From an uncultured Eubacteriales bacterium (GTDB lineage Bacteria > Bacillota > Clostridia > Christensenellales > QALW01), in NCBI GenBank assembly GCA_900547955.1, contig URIR01000004.1, forward strand, positions 12,680 to 76,679: DNA of 64,000 nucleotides. The letters run 5' to 3'. Position numbers and translations under genes: made by a program. The notes below the pieces were generated by a model. The model saw nothing but the letters and a program-made list of their open reading frames with translations. It searched no databases and was not told where the DNA came from. Positions 39,627 to 49,761 of this stretch are shown in pieces. Position 1 is the first letter of the stretch. Each line of letters begins with the position of its first letter.

Positions 39627-40259
39627 CTAAATTAAATTTATTAATTCTGTAAGTCTGTCTATAACCGTTGAACCGCATTTAACAAGCCTGTCCCTGCTCT
39701 GATGCCCTGAAAAATACAGAATGCAGCGGCAGTTAATACTCAGCGCCGTCTCATAGTCATGCAGAGTATCCCCTATCAAAACGCCGTCTTCCCCCTTTAA
39801 GCCGCTCGCTTTAATAAAATCCGCCGCCAGCTTAGCCTTCCCATAAGCATGAATATTATCGGCGCCTATTATATGATAAAAATATGTATCCACACCAAGC
39901 GCCTTAGCCTGCCTCAAAAGCGTTCCCTTTTCAGAAGCGGAAAGCAATATCTGCTTTAATCCTCTGTTCTTAAAACTATCCAATACTTCCCAGGCGCCCC
40001 TAGTAAGCGCACACGCCTCTGAAAGCCCGGCGTATTCTTCAACATATGCAGCGCTCAGTTCCTCAAATGAAAGCTTGGATAAATCAAAACCCACTAATTT
40101 ATAATATTCCACTACTGGAAAAGTGAATATATCCATATAGCGCCGGCGGCTTAAACGCTTCATGCCGTATTTATCCAAAACATTATTCATGGCCTCAAGG
40201 GAAGCCTCGCTGTCGTCCAGGAGCGTTCCGTTCCAATCCCATATTATATATTCAGGCAT
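39627..40259 (-). CDS. HAD-superfamily hydrolase
   Basis: Motif I variant WDWNGTL, plus later S/T and GD..D motifs (LIGDTLHDYE). Confidence 0.75.
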   Translation of the reverse strand: MPEYIIWDWNGTLLDDSEASLEAMNNVLDKYGMKRLSRRRYMDIFTFPVVEYYKLVGFDLSKLSFEELSAAYVEEYAGLSEACALTRGAWEVLDSFKNRGLKQILLSASEKGTLLRQAKALGVDTYFYHIIGADNIHAYGKAKLAADFIKASGLKGEDGVLIGDTLHDYETALSINCRCILYFSGHQSRDRLVKCGSTVIDRLTELINLI

Positions 40260-40263
40260 AATT

Positions 40264-41034
40264 TCATCTTCCATAAAACAGCTTGGAATAGGTCTTCATG
40301 CTGAATTGGTCGTCGCTTGAGGAATTTAAAACAACCGCTCCCTTTCCTGCATCGGGTGAACGCTTTATACCTTTTTCCTCCAAAACGCTTTTCAGTCGGT
40401 TTACCGTCCCTCTATTGCCGTCAAAGAGCAAAACATTCTGCCCAAAGGCCTCTTTAATATCCTCTCTGATGAACACATAATGCGTGCATCCCAGCACTAT
40501 TGCTTCAATGCCCAAATTTCTATAGGGAGCCAGGATTTCGCAAAGATAATTATTGAGCTCGTCGCTGCGGCTAAGCACATTATGCTCTATCATTCCCGCC
40601 AATTTATTGCACGCCAGATTTACAACCCTCTCGCGCGCATTAAAGCGTTCAAGAAGATTATTATATCTCTCCAGCTTAATTGTAGCGGGAGTAGCCATCA
40701 TAAGCACCTTGCCCTCTACCGCCGCAAGCGCCGGCTTTATTGCCGGCTCCATTCCTATAACGGGAATATCCACTTCTTTGCGCAACTCGTCTATAACCGC
40801 GCTGGTAGCCGTATTGCATGCTATCACCAGCGCTTTTATATCGTTTGACATAAGATATCCTATGCCGCGCATGGTAAGCTCAAAAATTTCCTCACGGCTT
40901 TTTTCGCCATACGGCGCGTTTGCAGAATCGCCGTAATAAATATAATTTTCTTCAGGCATCAGCGAGCACGCATCCTTAAGCACGCTCAAGCCTCCTACTC
41001 CGGAATCGAAAAAACCTATGCTTTTATTAATCAT
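40264..41034 (-). CDS. murI: Glutamate racemase
   Basis: IGFFDSGVGGLSV, the two catalytic Cys contexts (ACNTA, GCTHY). ATG 41034 is chosen over the upstream TTG. Confidence 0.92.
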   Translation of the reverse strand: MINKSIGFFDSGVGGLSVLKDACSLMPEENYIYYGDSANAPYGEKSREEIFELTMRGIGYLMSNDIKALVIACNTATSAVIDELRKEVDIPVIGMEPAIKPALAAVEGKVLMMATPATIKLERYNNLLERFNARERVVNLACNKLAGMIEHNVLSRSDELNNYLCEILAPYRNLGIEAIVLGCTHYVFIREDIKEAFGQNVLLFDGNRGTVNRLKSVLEEKGIKRSPDAGKGAVVLNSSSDDQFSMKTYSKLFYGR

Positions 41035-41048
41035 TTGTATCAGTCCTT

Positions 41049-42083
41049 TCAACTCTCCGCCGAAAACAGCATATCTATAGCCTCGGCCAGAAGCTCGGCG
41101 GAATACATTACTTCTTCTAATGTGTTATAATGATTGCCCATCTCAATTAATACCGAACCATCGCATAAATGCTGATTGTACCTGTTGGTCTTCATATTGA
41201 CATCCTTGCACAAATAATCGTTCATGCCGTTCAGATAATCGGTAAGGGTCTGCGCTATCTTTAAATTATATTGCCAGTTGGGCTTAATGTCAAATCTATT
41301 CCCCTCAGTACCCTCAGCCGTACCTATAACAAACATTATTCTGGCCGCATCCCTGCCGTTTACCTCCGCCGTATTGACCGGCTTTTTAACGGTGTTATAC
41401 GCATCTCTGTGAAGGTCGATAACCAAATCAAATTCTCCCTCCTCCTTTAAATGCTTTTCCACCGTTTTTAGAGAGCGCTCATAGGCGGTATAAAATCCGG
41501 GAGAAATATGGTCTGTCTTGTCATGAATAACCGTATAGCCCATATCGGTAAGCTGCTGGGTCAATACCTCGCCCACCTTAACAATACTGTATTCCTGGTC
41601 ATATGTACGTCCTTCGCTCGTTTCCTTATATACGTCGTCCGCCTGCTTCTTAAAGGATTCGTCATTATGCGTGTGATATATAAGTATCTTTATATCTTCC
41701 TTTTCTCCCTTTAAATCCAAAGGCTCCAATTTCAAGCCCTCAGTTATCTTCTCTACCTCCATTTTCAGACTGTCCGAAATTTCTTCCCCGCCGAAAATAA
41801 TATCGTCCTCAGGCGCCCAAAGGGATAATTCGTCGTCTGGAAAGCTGCCTTTAACTATGGAGGCGGGGGAAGAAACGTCCACCCCGAAAATAACCCGGCC
41901 CGCAATAGCGCCCAGCCTGTCCAGCACCCTTGAAAAGGCGCTTTTAGGCTGGGCGTAGTAATCCGCCTGAACGCTTAAGGAATCTGTTGAAGCAGGCTTG
42001 CTTATTAAAAAAAGCACGACTGATATTAAAACCGTAAATTTTACGGCAGTCTTAAAAAAGGAAAAGATTTTATTTCCCAGCAT
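41049..42083 (-). CDS. spoIIP: Stage II sporulation protein P
   Basis: N-terminal anchor and amidase-like core (ILIYHTHNDESF, DLHRDA), adjacent to gpr as in other spore formers. Confidence 0.82.
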   Translation of the reverse strand: MLGNKIFSFFKTAVKFTVLISVVLFLISKPASTDSLSVQADYYAQPKSAFSRVLDRLGAIAGRVIFGVDVSSPASIVKGSFPDDELSLWAPEDDIIFGGEEISDSLKMEVEKITEGLKLEPLDLKGEKEDIKILIYHTHNDESFKKQADDVYKETSEGRTYDQEYSIVKVGEVLTQQLTDMGYTVIHDKTDHISPGFYTAYERSLKTVEKHLKEEGEFDLVIDLHRDAYNTVKKPVNTAEVNGRDAARIMFVIGTAEGTEGNRFDIKPNWQYNLKIAQTLTDYLNGMNDYLCKDVNMKTNRYNQHLCDGSVLIEMGNHYNTLEEVMYSAELLAEAIDMLFSAES

Positions 42084-42148
42084 AAATATCCCCTCTTCTC
42101 AAGTAAATTACATAGATATTTTTATGCCGGACATTTCTATTATATTAC

Positions 42149-43066
42149 TTAGTACATAAAATCCCTAATCTCCTCCATATTAACCCCGTCGTGCAGCGCC
42201 AAATTCAGCCCGTCCGCCAGCATGCGTGAACAATCCTCAATAATAATATCTATTTCCTTGGGGGTAACTATCAGCTCCTTAATATTTTCATTTATATAGT
42301 CCTCTGCCGAAAGGCGCAGCCTTCCGTCGTTACTGCGCTCCAAAAAATCTTCAAGCACCGAGGATGCGTAAACTACCATGGGAATACCCAAAGCGTACAC
42401 CGGGATTCCCAAAGTCTCCCTATTGATTCCGCAGCGCTTATTCCCTACGCCCGCGCCCGGCGCTATACCCGTATTGCTCATCTGAATAGTATCTCTTATC
42501 CGTTGAACGCTGGCGGCGGCAAGAGAATCTATAGCTATAACATACTGAGGATTTATTTTTTCGCACAGCGCAGAAATTATATCAGAGCTTTCTATGCCGG
42601 TCGCTCCCAATACTCCGGGCGCTATGGCGCAGACAGAATTTACCCGGCTGTCCACCTGATCAGGTATCATTTTTAACAAATGCCGCGTAACCATAAGCTT
42701 ATTTACTGTTTTAGGTCCAAGCGCGTCGGGCGTCATTTTTGCATTTCCCAGGCCCACAACCAATACCGTTTTCCCCTTCTCAGGCCTGGGCAGCAATTCC
42801 TTAAGCTGCTCTGATACAGCTTTGCCTATAAGCCCGTGATGCTCCGAATCCCTGTTGGCAATATATTCGGCGTTTATCGTTATATATGTCCCCTTTTGCT
42901 TATCCAACCTTTTAGCGGCCTCGTCAGTAAGAATTTCCACCTTCGTCACCTTTATATCCTTATTAATTGACCGGCTCTCTGATTTTATGCCGTCGGATAC
43001 GCCGCCCCGCGAGGTATGATACTCAAACGCTTCTTTAGCTAAATCCGTTCTTAAAGACATTGTCAA
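42149..43066 (-). CDS. gpr: Spore germination protease GPR
   Basis: N-terminal RTDLAKEA and peptidase A25 core. It is divergent from rpsT, the canonical arrangement. Confidence 0.9.
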   Translation of the reverse strand: MTMSLRTDLAKEAFEYHTSRGGVSDGIKSESRSINKDIKVTKVEILTDEAAKRLDKQKGTYITINAEYIANRDSEHHGLIGKAVSEQLKELLPRPEKGKTVLVVGLGNAKMTPDALGPKTVNKLMVTRHLLKMIPDQVDSRVNSVCAIAPGVLGATGIESSDIISALCEKINPQYVIAIDSLAAASVQRIRDTIQMSNTGIAPGAGVGNKRCGINRETLGIPVYALGIPMVVYASSVLEDFLERSNDGRLRLSAEDYINENIKELIVTPKEIDIIIEDCSRMLADGLNLALHDGVNMEEIRDFMY

Positions 43067-43201
43067 TCACTCCATTTACGCTGAAATCTTCTATAAACCG
43101 CATTTTAGCCAAATATAATTTCAATTATGCAAAAAAACTATTGCGCTAAATAAATATTTGTGCTAACATGTATTAGTCAACGCAGCAGAGGGGGTGAATC
43201 C

Positions 43202-43456
43202 ATGGCTAACATCAAATCGGCGAAAAAACGGATTTTGGTGAACAATAAGAAAAATCTGCGCAACCGTTCTATCAAATCCGCGCTTAAAACGGTTATTAAA
43301 AAATATGACGCTGCCGTCGCATCGGGAGATAAAGAGCTTGCCGCTTCTATGCTGCCTCAAGTATCAAGCGCTATAGATAAGGCCGCGGCTAAAGGCGTAA
43401 TCCATAAAAATGCCGCAAACCGCAAGAAATCACAGCTTGCTTCCAAACTGGCCTGA
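43202..43456 (+). CDS. rpsT: 30S ribosomal protein S20
   Basis: [23 protein letters not shown] is the canonical bS20 sequence. Start trimmed from the ORF track. Confidence 0.96.
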   Translation: MANIKSAKKRILVNNKKNLRNRSIKSALKTVIKKYDAAVASGDKELAASMLPQVSSAIDKAAAKGVIHKNAANRKKSQLASKLA

Positions 43457-43480
43457 TTGTAAACGGATATAATGCTCTTT

Positions 43481-43514
43481 AAGGCGTCTTTTTAAGGACG
43501 CCTTAATTATTTTA
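43481..43514 (+). terminator. Rho-independent terminator after rpsT
   Basis: Stem AAGGCGTC / GACGCCTT (43481-43504) followed by a T-rich tract. Confidence 0.7.
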
Positions 43515-43530
43515 TAAAAAGGATACTATA

Positions 43531-43860
43531 ATGGCAACCTTTGATGATTTTATAAAACTGGATATCCGCGTAGGAACGATTATAAGCGCGCTGCCCTTCA
43601 AAAACGCCAAAAAGCCCGCATATAAGCTGAAAATTGATTTAGGTAATAAAATAGGAATTAAAAGCTCCTCCGCTCAAATAACCCAAAATTACAGCCCGTC
43701 TGAATTAATAGGTAGGCAGGTGCTTGCAGTAGTAAATCTTCCCCCAAAGCAAATTGCAGACTTTATTTCGGAGGTATTGGTGCTGGGCGTATACTCCAAA
43801 AGCGGAGTGATTCTAATTACGCCTGAGCAAAAGACAGAAAACGGAGATAAGCTGGGCTGA
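43531..43860 (+). CDS. tRNA-binding domain protein (CsaA/YgjH type)
   Basis: FDDFIKLDIRVGTI... indicates an OB-fold tRNA-binding domain of about 110 aa. Confidence 0.8.
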   Translation: MATFDDFIKLDIRVGTIISALPFKNAKKPAYKLKIDLGNKIGIKSSSAQITQNYSPSELIGRQVLAVVNLPPKQIADFISEVLVLGVYSKSGVILITPEQKTENGDKLG

Positions 43861-43906
43861 ATACCGCCGGCGCGCCTCTATATTTTAAAGAAAGGAGCTA
43901 TTAATA

Positions 43907-44431
43907 ATGCTGGAAAAGCTTAGAGCAGATGATTTTGAAAACGTATTTGAAATAATGAAGGACAGCTTTCCAAAGGACGAATACCGGCCCTTTGAAGAAC
44001 AGAAAGCTCTTTTAGAGGTACCCGAATATCAAATTTACGCCTTCAGAAACAGCGAAGCTCAGACTATAAAAGCATTTATAGCGGTTTGGAATTTTAGCTC
44101 AACAGTATTTATCGAGCATTTCGCTGTAAATAGTGAGTACAGAAACTGCGGCTTAGGCTCAAAAATGCTTAAGGAGCTGACTGACAAGCTGAAAAAGCCC
44201 TTGTGTTTGGAAGTGGAGCTGCCTAAGGACCAAATTTCTGCAAGACGAATAGAATTTTATAAGCGCAATAATTTCTTTTTAAACGAATATCCATATATAA
44301 TGCCGCCGGTTTCCAAAGGACGAAAGCCTTTAAATATGCAAATAATGACCTCAGGCAGGCCTATAAGCCAAAATGAGTTTGAGGAAATAAAAGCTCTGTT
44401 ATACTCCAGAGTTTATAATTGCCCTATATAA
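43907..44431 (+). CDS. GNAT family N-acetyltransferase
   Basis: Acetyl-CoA binding motif (YRNCGLGSKMLKEL). Confidence 0.8.
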   Translation: MLEKLRADDFENVFEIMKDSFPKDEYRPFEEQKALLEVPEYQIYAFRNSEAQTIKAFIAVWNFSSTVFIEHFAVNSEYRNCGLGSKMLKELTDKLKKPLCLEVELPKDQISARRIEFYKRNNFFLNEYPYIMPPVSKGRKPLNMQIMTSGRPISQNEFEEIKALLYSRVYNCPI

Positions 44432-44445
44432 ATCTATATAATTTC

Positions 44446-44497
44446 AAAACGCTCCCCTATAATTGTTAAAATATTAACAATTATAGGGGAGCGTTTT
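44446..44497. terminator. Bidirectional terminator: 24-bp perfect inverted repeat
   Basis: Arms at 44446-44469 and 44474-44497 are exact complements with a 4-nt loop and A/T runs on both sides. It lies between convergent genes. Confidence 0.8.
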
Positions 44498-44521
44498 ATA
44501 CTTTCCTAAGCTGCTCTAATT

Positions 44522-45373
44522 TTAACCGTTCTCCAAAAAACTCTTTAATTCAGGATACGCATTCTGAGCATCGTTATAGCCGTCTTTATAAAGCGCCTCT
44601 AATTTATCCCGGTCCTTTTCCAAAAGGCCTATATGCACAGCCTGTTTAGGACGTATTACAAATACGCTGCCCTCATCCTCTTTCTGATGTATAAAATCCA
44701 GCGTCTGATTATAGTTGTCATGCCTTTCTTCCAGCCGTTTTATCAGCTCAGGGCAGTCGCTGTATTTTAAGCGTATTATCCTGGCCAGCTTGTTTGGTCT
44801 CTTTCTATAGCTTTTATCTCTGGTAAGCACAAGCACATTCTTTGCATTTCCGTCCATTATGGATTTTTTCAACGGTATTGAATCGGAAATTCCGCCGTCC
44901 AGATACTCCTCATTATTTATAATTACCCGTCTGGCCAGCAGAGGAAGCGAACTGCTGGCTCGTACTGCCTTTATATCCTCGTGCATATCTTTAATTCTAA
45001 AATATTCAGGCTTGCCCGTCCTGCAATTTGTTGCAACAGCGTAAAAACGGCATGGATTTTTTTCAAATGCCTGATAGTCATATGGAATAAGCTTATTTGG
45101 AATAATATCATATAGCATTTCAACGCCGAATAAATCGCCCGTAGTAACAAGACTGTGCACGCTGCAATATCTCTTATCCTTTAAAAAATCCACATTTGTG
45201 GCAAACGCACGCCCTCTCTGTCCTGAAAGATAGCTGCACGCGTGACACGCACCTGCTGAAACGCCGTAACATGACGAAAATTCTATATTTTTATCCAAAA
45301 AGAAATCCAGCACGCCGGCTGTATACACTCCGCGCATTCCTCCGCCTTCAAGTATTAAACCTACGTCATACAT
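44522..45373 (-). CDS. Patatin-like phospholipase
   Basis: GGGMRG oxyanion motif and GVSAG nucleophile elbow. Start trimmed to MYDVGLILEGGG with a GGAGGG RBS. Confidence 0.88.
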   Translation of the reverse strand: MYDVGLILEGGGMRGVYTAGVLDFFLDKNIEFSSCYGVSAGACHACSYLSGQRGRAFATNVDFLKDKRYCSVHSLVTTGDLFGVEMLYDIIPNKLIPYDYQAFEKNPCRFYAVATNCRTGKPEYFRIKDMHEDIKAVRASSSLPLLARRVIINNEEYLDGGISDSIPLKKSIMDGNAKNVLVLTRDKSYRKRPNKLARIIRLKYSDCPELIKRLEERHDNYNQTLDFIHQKEDEGSVFVIRPKQAVHIGLLEKDRDKLEALYKDGYNDAQNAYPELKSFLENG

Positions 45374-45658
45374 AGTTTTTTGTCCCTCCCGCAATTTATT
45401 ATAGCATATAACTAACCGGCGCGTACCCATCAAAATGAAATATATGCGTTAAAACGCCGTTCTCTTATATGCATGAATCAGAGTGCAATGACGGCGAAAT
45501 TATACCTTTTTGAATTCATGTCCCCTTACTAATTATGAATAAAACATAAATATTACGGTTAAAATTCAATTTTGCTTTTATTTACCGTATTTTATCTTGA
45601 TTTTTTAGGCAACAATTATTATAATATTAACAACTTGATTTTTGGGATGAAGGAAATA

Positions 45659-46768
45659 ATGAGTTTTCAGGAAAGCTTTGCGAATATCACGTCTGAACAG
45701 TTTAAAAACGGCATATGTCGGCTTTATATACAAGAATATCCATTTACTGTCGAGCTTACGGAAAATAATATTGAAATCAAATTCCCCTTTAACCAAAAGC
45801 AGGGCGCATATGTGTATTCTCTTTCTGAAGAAATTAAAAATTTCTTCTGCAATAATTCCGAAATACTTAATTCCGAGCAGGACTTAGCTTTAGAACAGGC
45901 TAACGAATTGGACATAGCAATTGTAAACGCACAAACGCACAAGGCTATCCCTCCGCAGACTGAAAAAAAATATACTACTACTTCTTCCAGGCGCTATTCC
46001 CAAAGCGCTTCTATTAAAGCCAGAAAAATCACGCTTTCAGAAGACGCCAAAAGTAGTAGCCTTGAATTTTTAAACGAGCAGGAATTATTTTCTCATGAAT
46101 GGGACGGTATGTTTTATTATATCTCCTTTTTTGCTTCTCCGAATGCCAAAACCGCGGCGTTATGCGTAAAGCTATTGGAAACTATAGCGGAATTTTTAAA
46201 GGCTGCGGATATTGAACCGGACGTCTGCGCTTTGTGCGGTGAAAAAGGTGCGCAAAGCGGGTTCATTATTGAAGGCGCGCTCTGCGCGGCGCATATGCAA
46301 TGCGCCTCTGGGCGCTCGTCCAAGCGTTCTTTGCCCCGTTTGATATGCGCCTATCTCACCGCCGCTGCCTTTTGCGCTGTTGCCGCTCTTTCCTTTATAC
46401 CCCTATGCCGCTATAATATTATGCCGTCTGTCGCCGGAATACCCATGGGCCTTTTAGGAGCGCTGGGCTTTTGGCTTATGGATAAAAAAAATGCGCCCAA
46501 CAGATGGATAATGCTTATAATTTACGCCGTGCTAGGCAGCGCGGCCAATTTCTGCGGCGATTATCTTTTTTTAATTCAAAGCGGCTCAAATTTTGATTTT
46601 GTCGCTACTTTTACCTACTCCCTCAATATTATAAACTCTGTTTTTGATATAATATGCTGCGTTATTATAGCGCATTTCAGTTCTATAATTATTTACGACC
46701 TTTTATATAAAAAGCTCAGTATAAGAAAACCCGATAAAAAGCTTGCAGACCACCAAAACGCGCGTTAA
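45659..46768 (+). CDS. Hypothetical protein: soluble N-terminal domain plus C-terminal polytopic membrane domain
   Basis: A promoter-like TTGATT-17-TATAAT at 45597-45625 argues against the TTG start in the ORF track. ATG 45659 has a GAAGGA RBS. It carries a CALCGEKG...CAAHMQC motif and about 4 TM segments. Confidence 0.5.
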   Translation: MSFQESFANITSEQFKNGICRLYIQEYPFTVELTENNIEIKFPFNQKQGAYVYSLSEEIKNFFCNNSEILNSEQDLALEQANELDIAIVNAQTHKAIPPQTEKKYTTTSSRRYSQSASIKARKITLSEDAKSSSLEFLNEQELFSHEWDGMFYYISFFASPNAKTAALCVKLLETIAEFLKAADIEPDVCALCGEKGAQSGFIIEGALCAAHMQCASGRSSKRSLPRLICAYLTAAAFCAVAALSFIPLCRYNIMPSVAGIPMGLLGALGFWLMDKKNAPNRWIMLIIYAVLGSAANFCGDYLFLIQSGSNFDFVATFTYSLNIINSVFDIICCVIIAHFSSIIIYDLLYKKLSIRKPDKKLADHQNAR

Positions 46769-46828
46769 ACACTTCTTCTTTCCACAAATTGACTTAAGCA
46801 CATTTTAATATTCACAAGGGGATATTTT

Positions 46829-47770
46829 ATGTTTTTCAAATTACGAAAGCTAATAGCGTATACGTTGGTTTTGCTTATTCTATGCGCAGTTTTTTCCGGC
46901 TGCGCCGTACAAACCGCCTACACTCCTCTTATTTACAAGCTTCAGGCCGATAACGGTGCGGTACTATATCTTTTCGGCTCAATACATATAGGCGACGAAG
47001 ACACATATCCTCTGCCTCAAACAATTACGGACGCTTACAGCGCCAGCGATTATCTTGCTGTCGAATGCGATATTCTGGCATATGAATCAGATTTATCCGC
47101 CGTTACGCAAATAGCCCAGCAAATGATTTGCGAGCCGGGTAAACGCATATATGATTATGTCGGAGAAGAAAATTACAATTCCGCCGTACAGCTTCTTAAA
47201 AATTACGACCTTTATTACGAGGAATACGATTATTTCAAGCCTGTTTTCTGGATTTCACTACTGGGGGAAATCCCCGTTAATCTATCCCAGCTTGACGCCG
47301 AAATGGGTATTGACCGGCATTTTCTCCAAATGGCCAAAAAAGACGGCAAGCCCATACTGGAAATTGAAAGCGTACAGCAGCAAATAAATATGCAGCTTAA
47401 TTATTCCGAGCCTCTGCAAACGCTGCTTTTCGAGCAAAGCCTGACCGACCCCGCAGGACAGGGGTTAGCTGTAAAATTAATGTATCAAAATTGGAGACAA
47501 GGCAGCAAGCTCCCCTTAACAAGCGAAATGGATTATTCCCGCGAACAGTTTATACAGCTCTACGGCGAAGCTCAAAGCAGTCTTTATCACGAATATTATT
47601 ATGAGCTGGGCGAAAAGCGCAACATAAAAATGGCCGACGCAGCGGAGCAATATTTAAATGAAGCTAAAAACGTATTCTATGTAGTAGGCGCAGCTCATAT
47701 AAGCGGAAAAAAAGGTATAGTATCCCTTCTCCGTCAAAGAGGCTATACCGTTGAAAAAATTGAATATTAA
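46829..47770 (+). CDS. TraB/GumN family protein with signal/lipoprotein-like N-terminus
   Basis: LYLFGSIHIG motif near the N-terminus and VVGAAHISG near the C-terminus. Confidence 0.75.
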   Translation: MFFKLRKLIAYTLVLLILCAVFSGCAVQTAYTPLIYKLQADNGAVLYLFGSIHIGDEDTYPLPQTITDAYSASDYLAVECDILAYESDLSAVTQIAQQMICEPGKRIYDYVGEENYNSAVQLLKNYDLYYEEYDYFKPVFWISLLGEIPVNLSQLDAEMGIDRHFLQMAKKDGKPILEIESVQQQINMQLNYSEPLQTLLFEQSLTDPAGQGLAVKLMYQNWRQGSKLPLTSEMDYSREQFIQLYGEAQSSLYHEYYYELGEKRNIKMADAAEQYLNEAKNVFYVVGAAHISGKKGIVSLLRQRGYTVEKIEY

Positions 47771-47771
47771 T

Positions 47772-48293
47772 TCAATAATGGTTTTTAAATATTTTTAAGC
47801 GCTCTGCAAATGCAATAAAATAACGCGCACAATATTCATACAGCCAGATAAAGAACGCTATCGCCGCCTGAGCTATGGCAGCCAGCGCCCAAAACGGCAG
47901 AATTTCTACGGCTCCCGGTCCCAGCAGCGCCCGTGCGGCAAAATATGCTGCGATGCCAGCCGCTTCGCAATAAACAGCCAATAATGCAAAATACGCCGTC
48001 CTGCTGCGCCAATGCTGAAACAAATGACGCATAAGAGGAAAAAGCCCGAAAAACAAGCCGTATGCAAGAAAATACACAGGATTGGGAATAAGCAAAAAAA
48101 TCAGGGCCGTACAAGCCGCATAACAGGCAACAGAGGCCAGGACCGCTCTGTCCTTAAGCAAAATCAACGGCAAAAAAGCAACCGCAGCAAAGGCTGCCAA
48201 TCGGCCGCCCGGCAAAAGATATGAAACATATATAATTATAAGCGTAAGAGCGGTTATCAGCCCTCCGCGCGCTATATATACTGACTTTTTCAT
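47772..48293 (-). CDS. Hypothetical polytopic membrane protein
   Basis: 173 aa with about 5 hydrophobic helices. No family recognised. Confidence 0.5.
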   Translation of the reverse strand: MKKSVYIARGGLITALTLIIIYVSYLLPGGRLAAFAAVAFLPLILLKDRAVLASVACYAACTALIFLLIPNPVYFLAYGLFFGLFPLMRHLFQHWRSRTAYFALLAVYCEAAGIAAYFAARALLGPGAVEILPFWALAAIAQAAIAFFIWLYEYCARYFIAFAERLKIFKNHY

Positions 48294-48305
48294 ATTTTAT
48301 TAATC

Positions 48306-48923
48306 TCAGCAGCAGGATATAAGGTCTCCGCCCATGCACTCGCAGCAGGTATCTGCAACGCAGAGGCCGGTACATAAATCGCACCCATTGCATTCGCGCC
48401 CTGAAGAAGCGCCCCGCTGATAATAGCCTGAGCGCGAAGAATACTCCCTAAAAGCCTGAGCATATTCTCCGTTTTGAGGATCCATGCGGCATGCCTGAGC
48501 CAAATGCTGTACAGCCTCGTTATGCCAGCCTCTTCGACTGTAAATCATACCCATAAGAAAATACCATTCTGCAGGCCGCTCACTCATTGCTTTAAGCAGG
48601 CGCTCCGCCTCATTAATGTCGCCGGCATTAATTTTTGCCCTTACTGACGCAAATTCCGGACTTGCAGAGCCCGAATAGGACGAGCCCGAGGAATAAGACG
48701 AGCCTGCGCCGCCGCCAGAAGAATAGCCTCTATTCTGCGAACGCATCTTTTGTATCATATCATACGCTTCATTTATTTCCTTCATTTTACCTTCGGCAAG
48801 ATCGGATAAAGGATTATCCCTATATTGATCGGGATGATATTTTCTCACAGCCGCATGATATGCGGCCTTAATCTCTGCATCCGTAGCGTTTTCATTTACG
48901 CCCAAAACCTTGTATGGATCCAT
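48306..48923 (-). CDS. J-domain protein with TPR-like middle and Cys-rich C-terminal tail
   Basis: J domain with HPD (YKVLGV...KYHPDQ). The C-terminus reads CNGCDLCTGLCVADTCCECMGGDLISCC. Confidence 0.85.
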   Translation of the reverse strand: MDPYKVLGVNENATDAEIKAAYHAAVRKYHPDQYRDNPLSDLAEGKMKEINEAYDMIQKMRSQNRGYSSGGGAGSSYSSGSSYSGSASPEFASVRAKINAGDINEAERLLKAMSERPAEWYFLMGMIYSRRGWHNEAVQHLAQACRMDPQNGEYAQAFREYSSRSGYYQRGASSGRECNGCDLCTGLCVADTCCECMGGDLISCC

Positions 48924-49761
48924 CTTTTTCTTCCCTCGTCTTTAATATTGCTATAGTTTTATCATGCATTCCATAACGGATAATATTACTTATTATCGGA
49001 GTATTCGCGCACGAAGGCAATAATTCGCAGGCGCGTGACGCCGCATACAAAGAACAAAACAGCGTATCCTTTATCCATTCAGGAATTTCATCTTCGGATA
49101 TTCCCCGGCGCTTGCTCTCTGCCGCAATAGGATTATAATTTCCCCGCCGCTCATCCTGCTCCATATCGTCATACGCGTCTATAATATATACCCATCTGGC
49201 AGTATTATAAGCTATCTCGTAGACTATACGCTTAAGCTCCTGAGTATTAATCAGCGGCGCCTCGGCCGCTAAACGCCCGCACATATCTGCAAATTCATGC
49301 GCAGCCTCGTCCAGCCGGCTACAGCCGGCCTGTTCCAATTCGGATAATTTTTTCAAGCCGCTCTCTATTATATCGCCAGCCAGTACAGTTTTGCTGCGCG
49401 CGTTAAATTCAGCTTTATTTAATAAAAGAAGGGCGGCTGAACGGGATTTCTGGCCGTCGGATATATCGTCTCTAAGCTTCCCGCAGCTTAACAGCACATT
49501 GAGCGCAGCGGCGTAATCCAGCGCCTCTCCGCAGGCATACGGCTTTTTCTTTAAATTCCATTTACATCGCTTGACCTTGATGTCCGCCTTGGCTTCAGGG
49601 TCGGTCAGCAGCGCATAAAAAGCAATGTCATAGCTTAAAAGAGCGCGCCCGATAAAGGTATATTGGCTCATTCCCCTGCATATTCCGCAGTAATAAGCCT
49701 TATACCTGGCGTATTCCTTAACCTTTAATTCTTCGCTGGCAGTTCTGACATAGCCGAACAT
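48892..49761 (-). CDS. Hypothetical protein (DUF5685-like), coupled to the J-domain gene
   Basis: 289 aa with N-terminal YYCGICRGM. It overlaps the downstream J-domain gene by 32 nt. The family name is from memory of similar Clostridial proteins. Confidence 0.5.
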   Translation of the reverse strand: MFGYVRTASEELKVKEYARYKAYYCGICRGMSQYTFIGRALLSYDIAFYALLTDPEAKADIKVKRCKWNLKKKPYACGEALDYAAALNVLLSCGKLRDDISDGQKSRSAALLLLNKAEFNARSKTVLAGDIIESGLKKLSELEQAGCSRLDEAAHEFADMCGRLAAEAPLINTQELKRIVYEIAYNTARWVYIIDAYDDMEQDERRGNYNPIAAESKRRGISEDEIPEWIKDTLFCSLYAASRACELLPSCANTPIISNIIRYGMHDKTIAILKTREEKDGSIQGFGRK

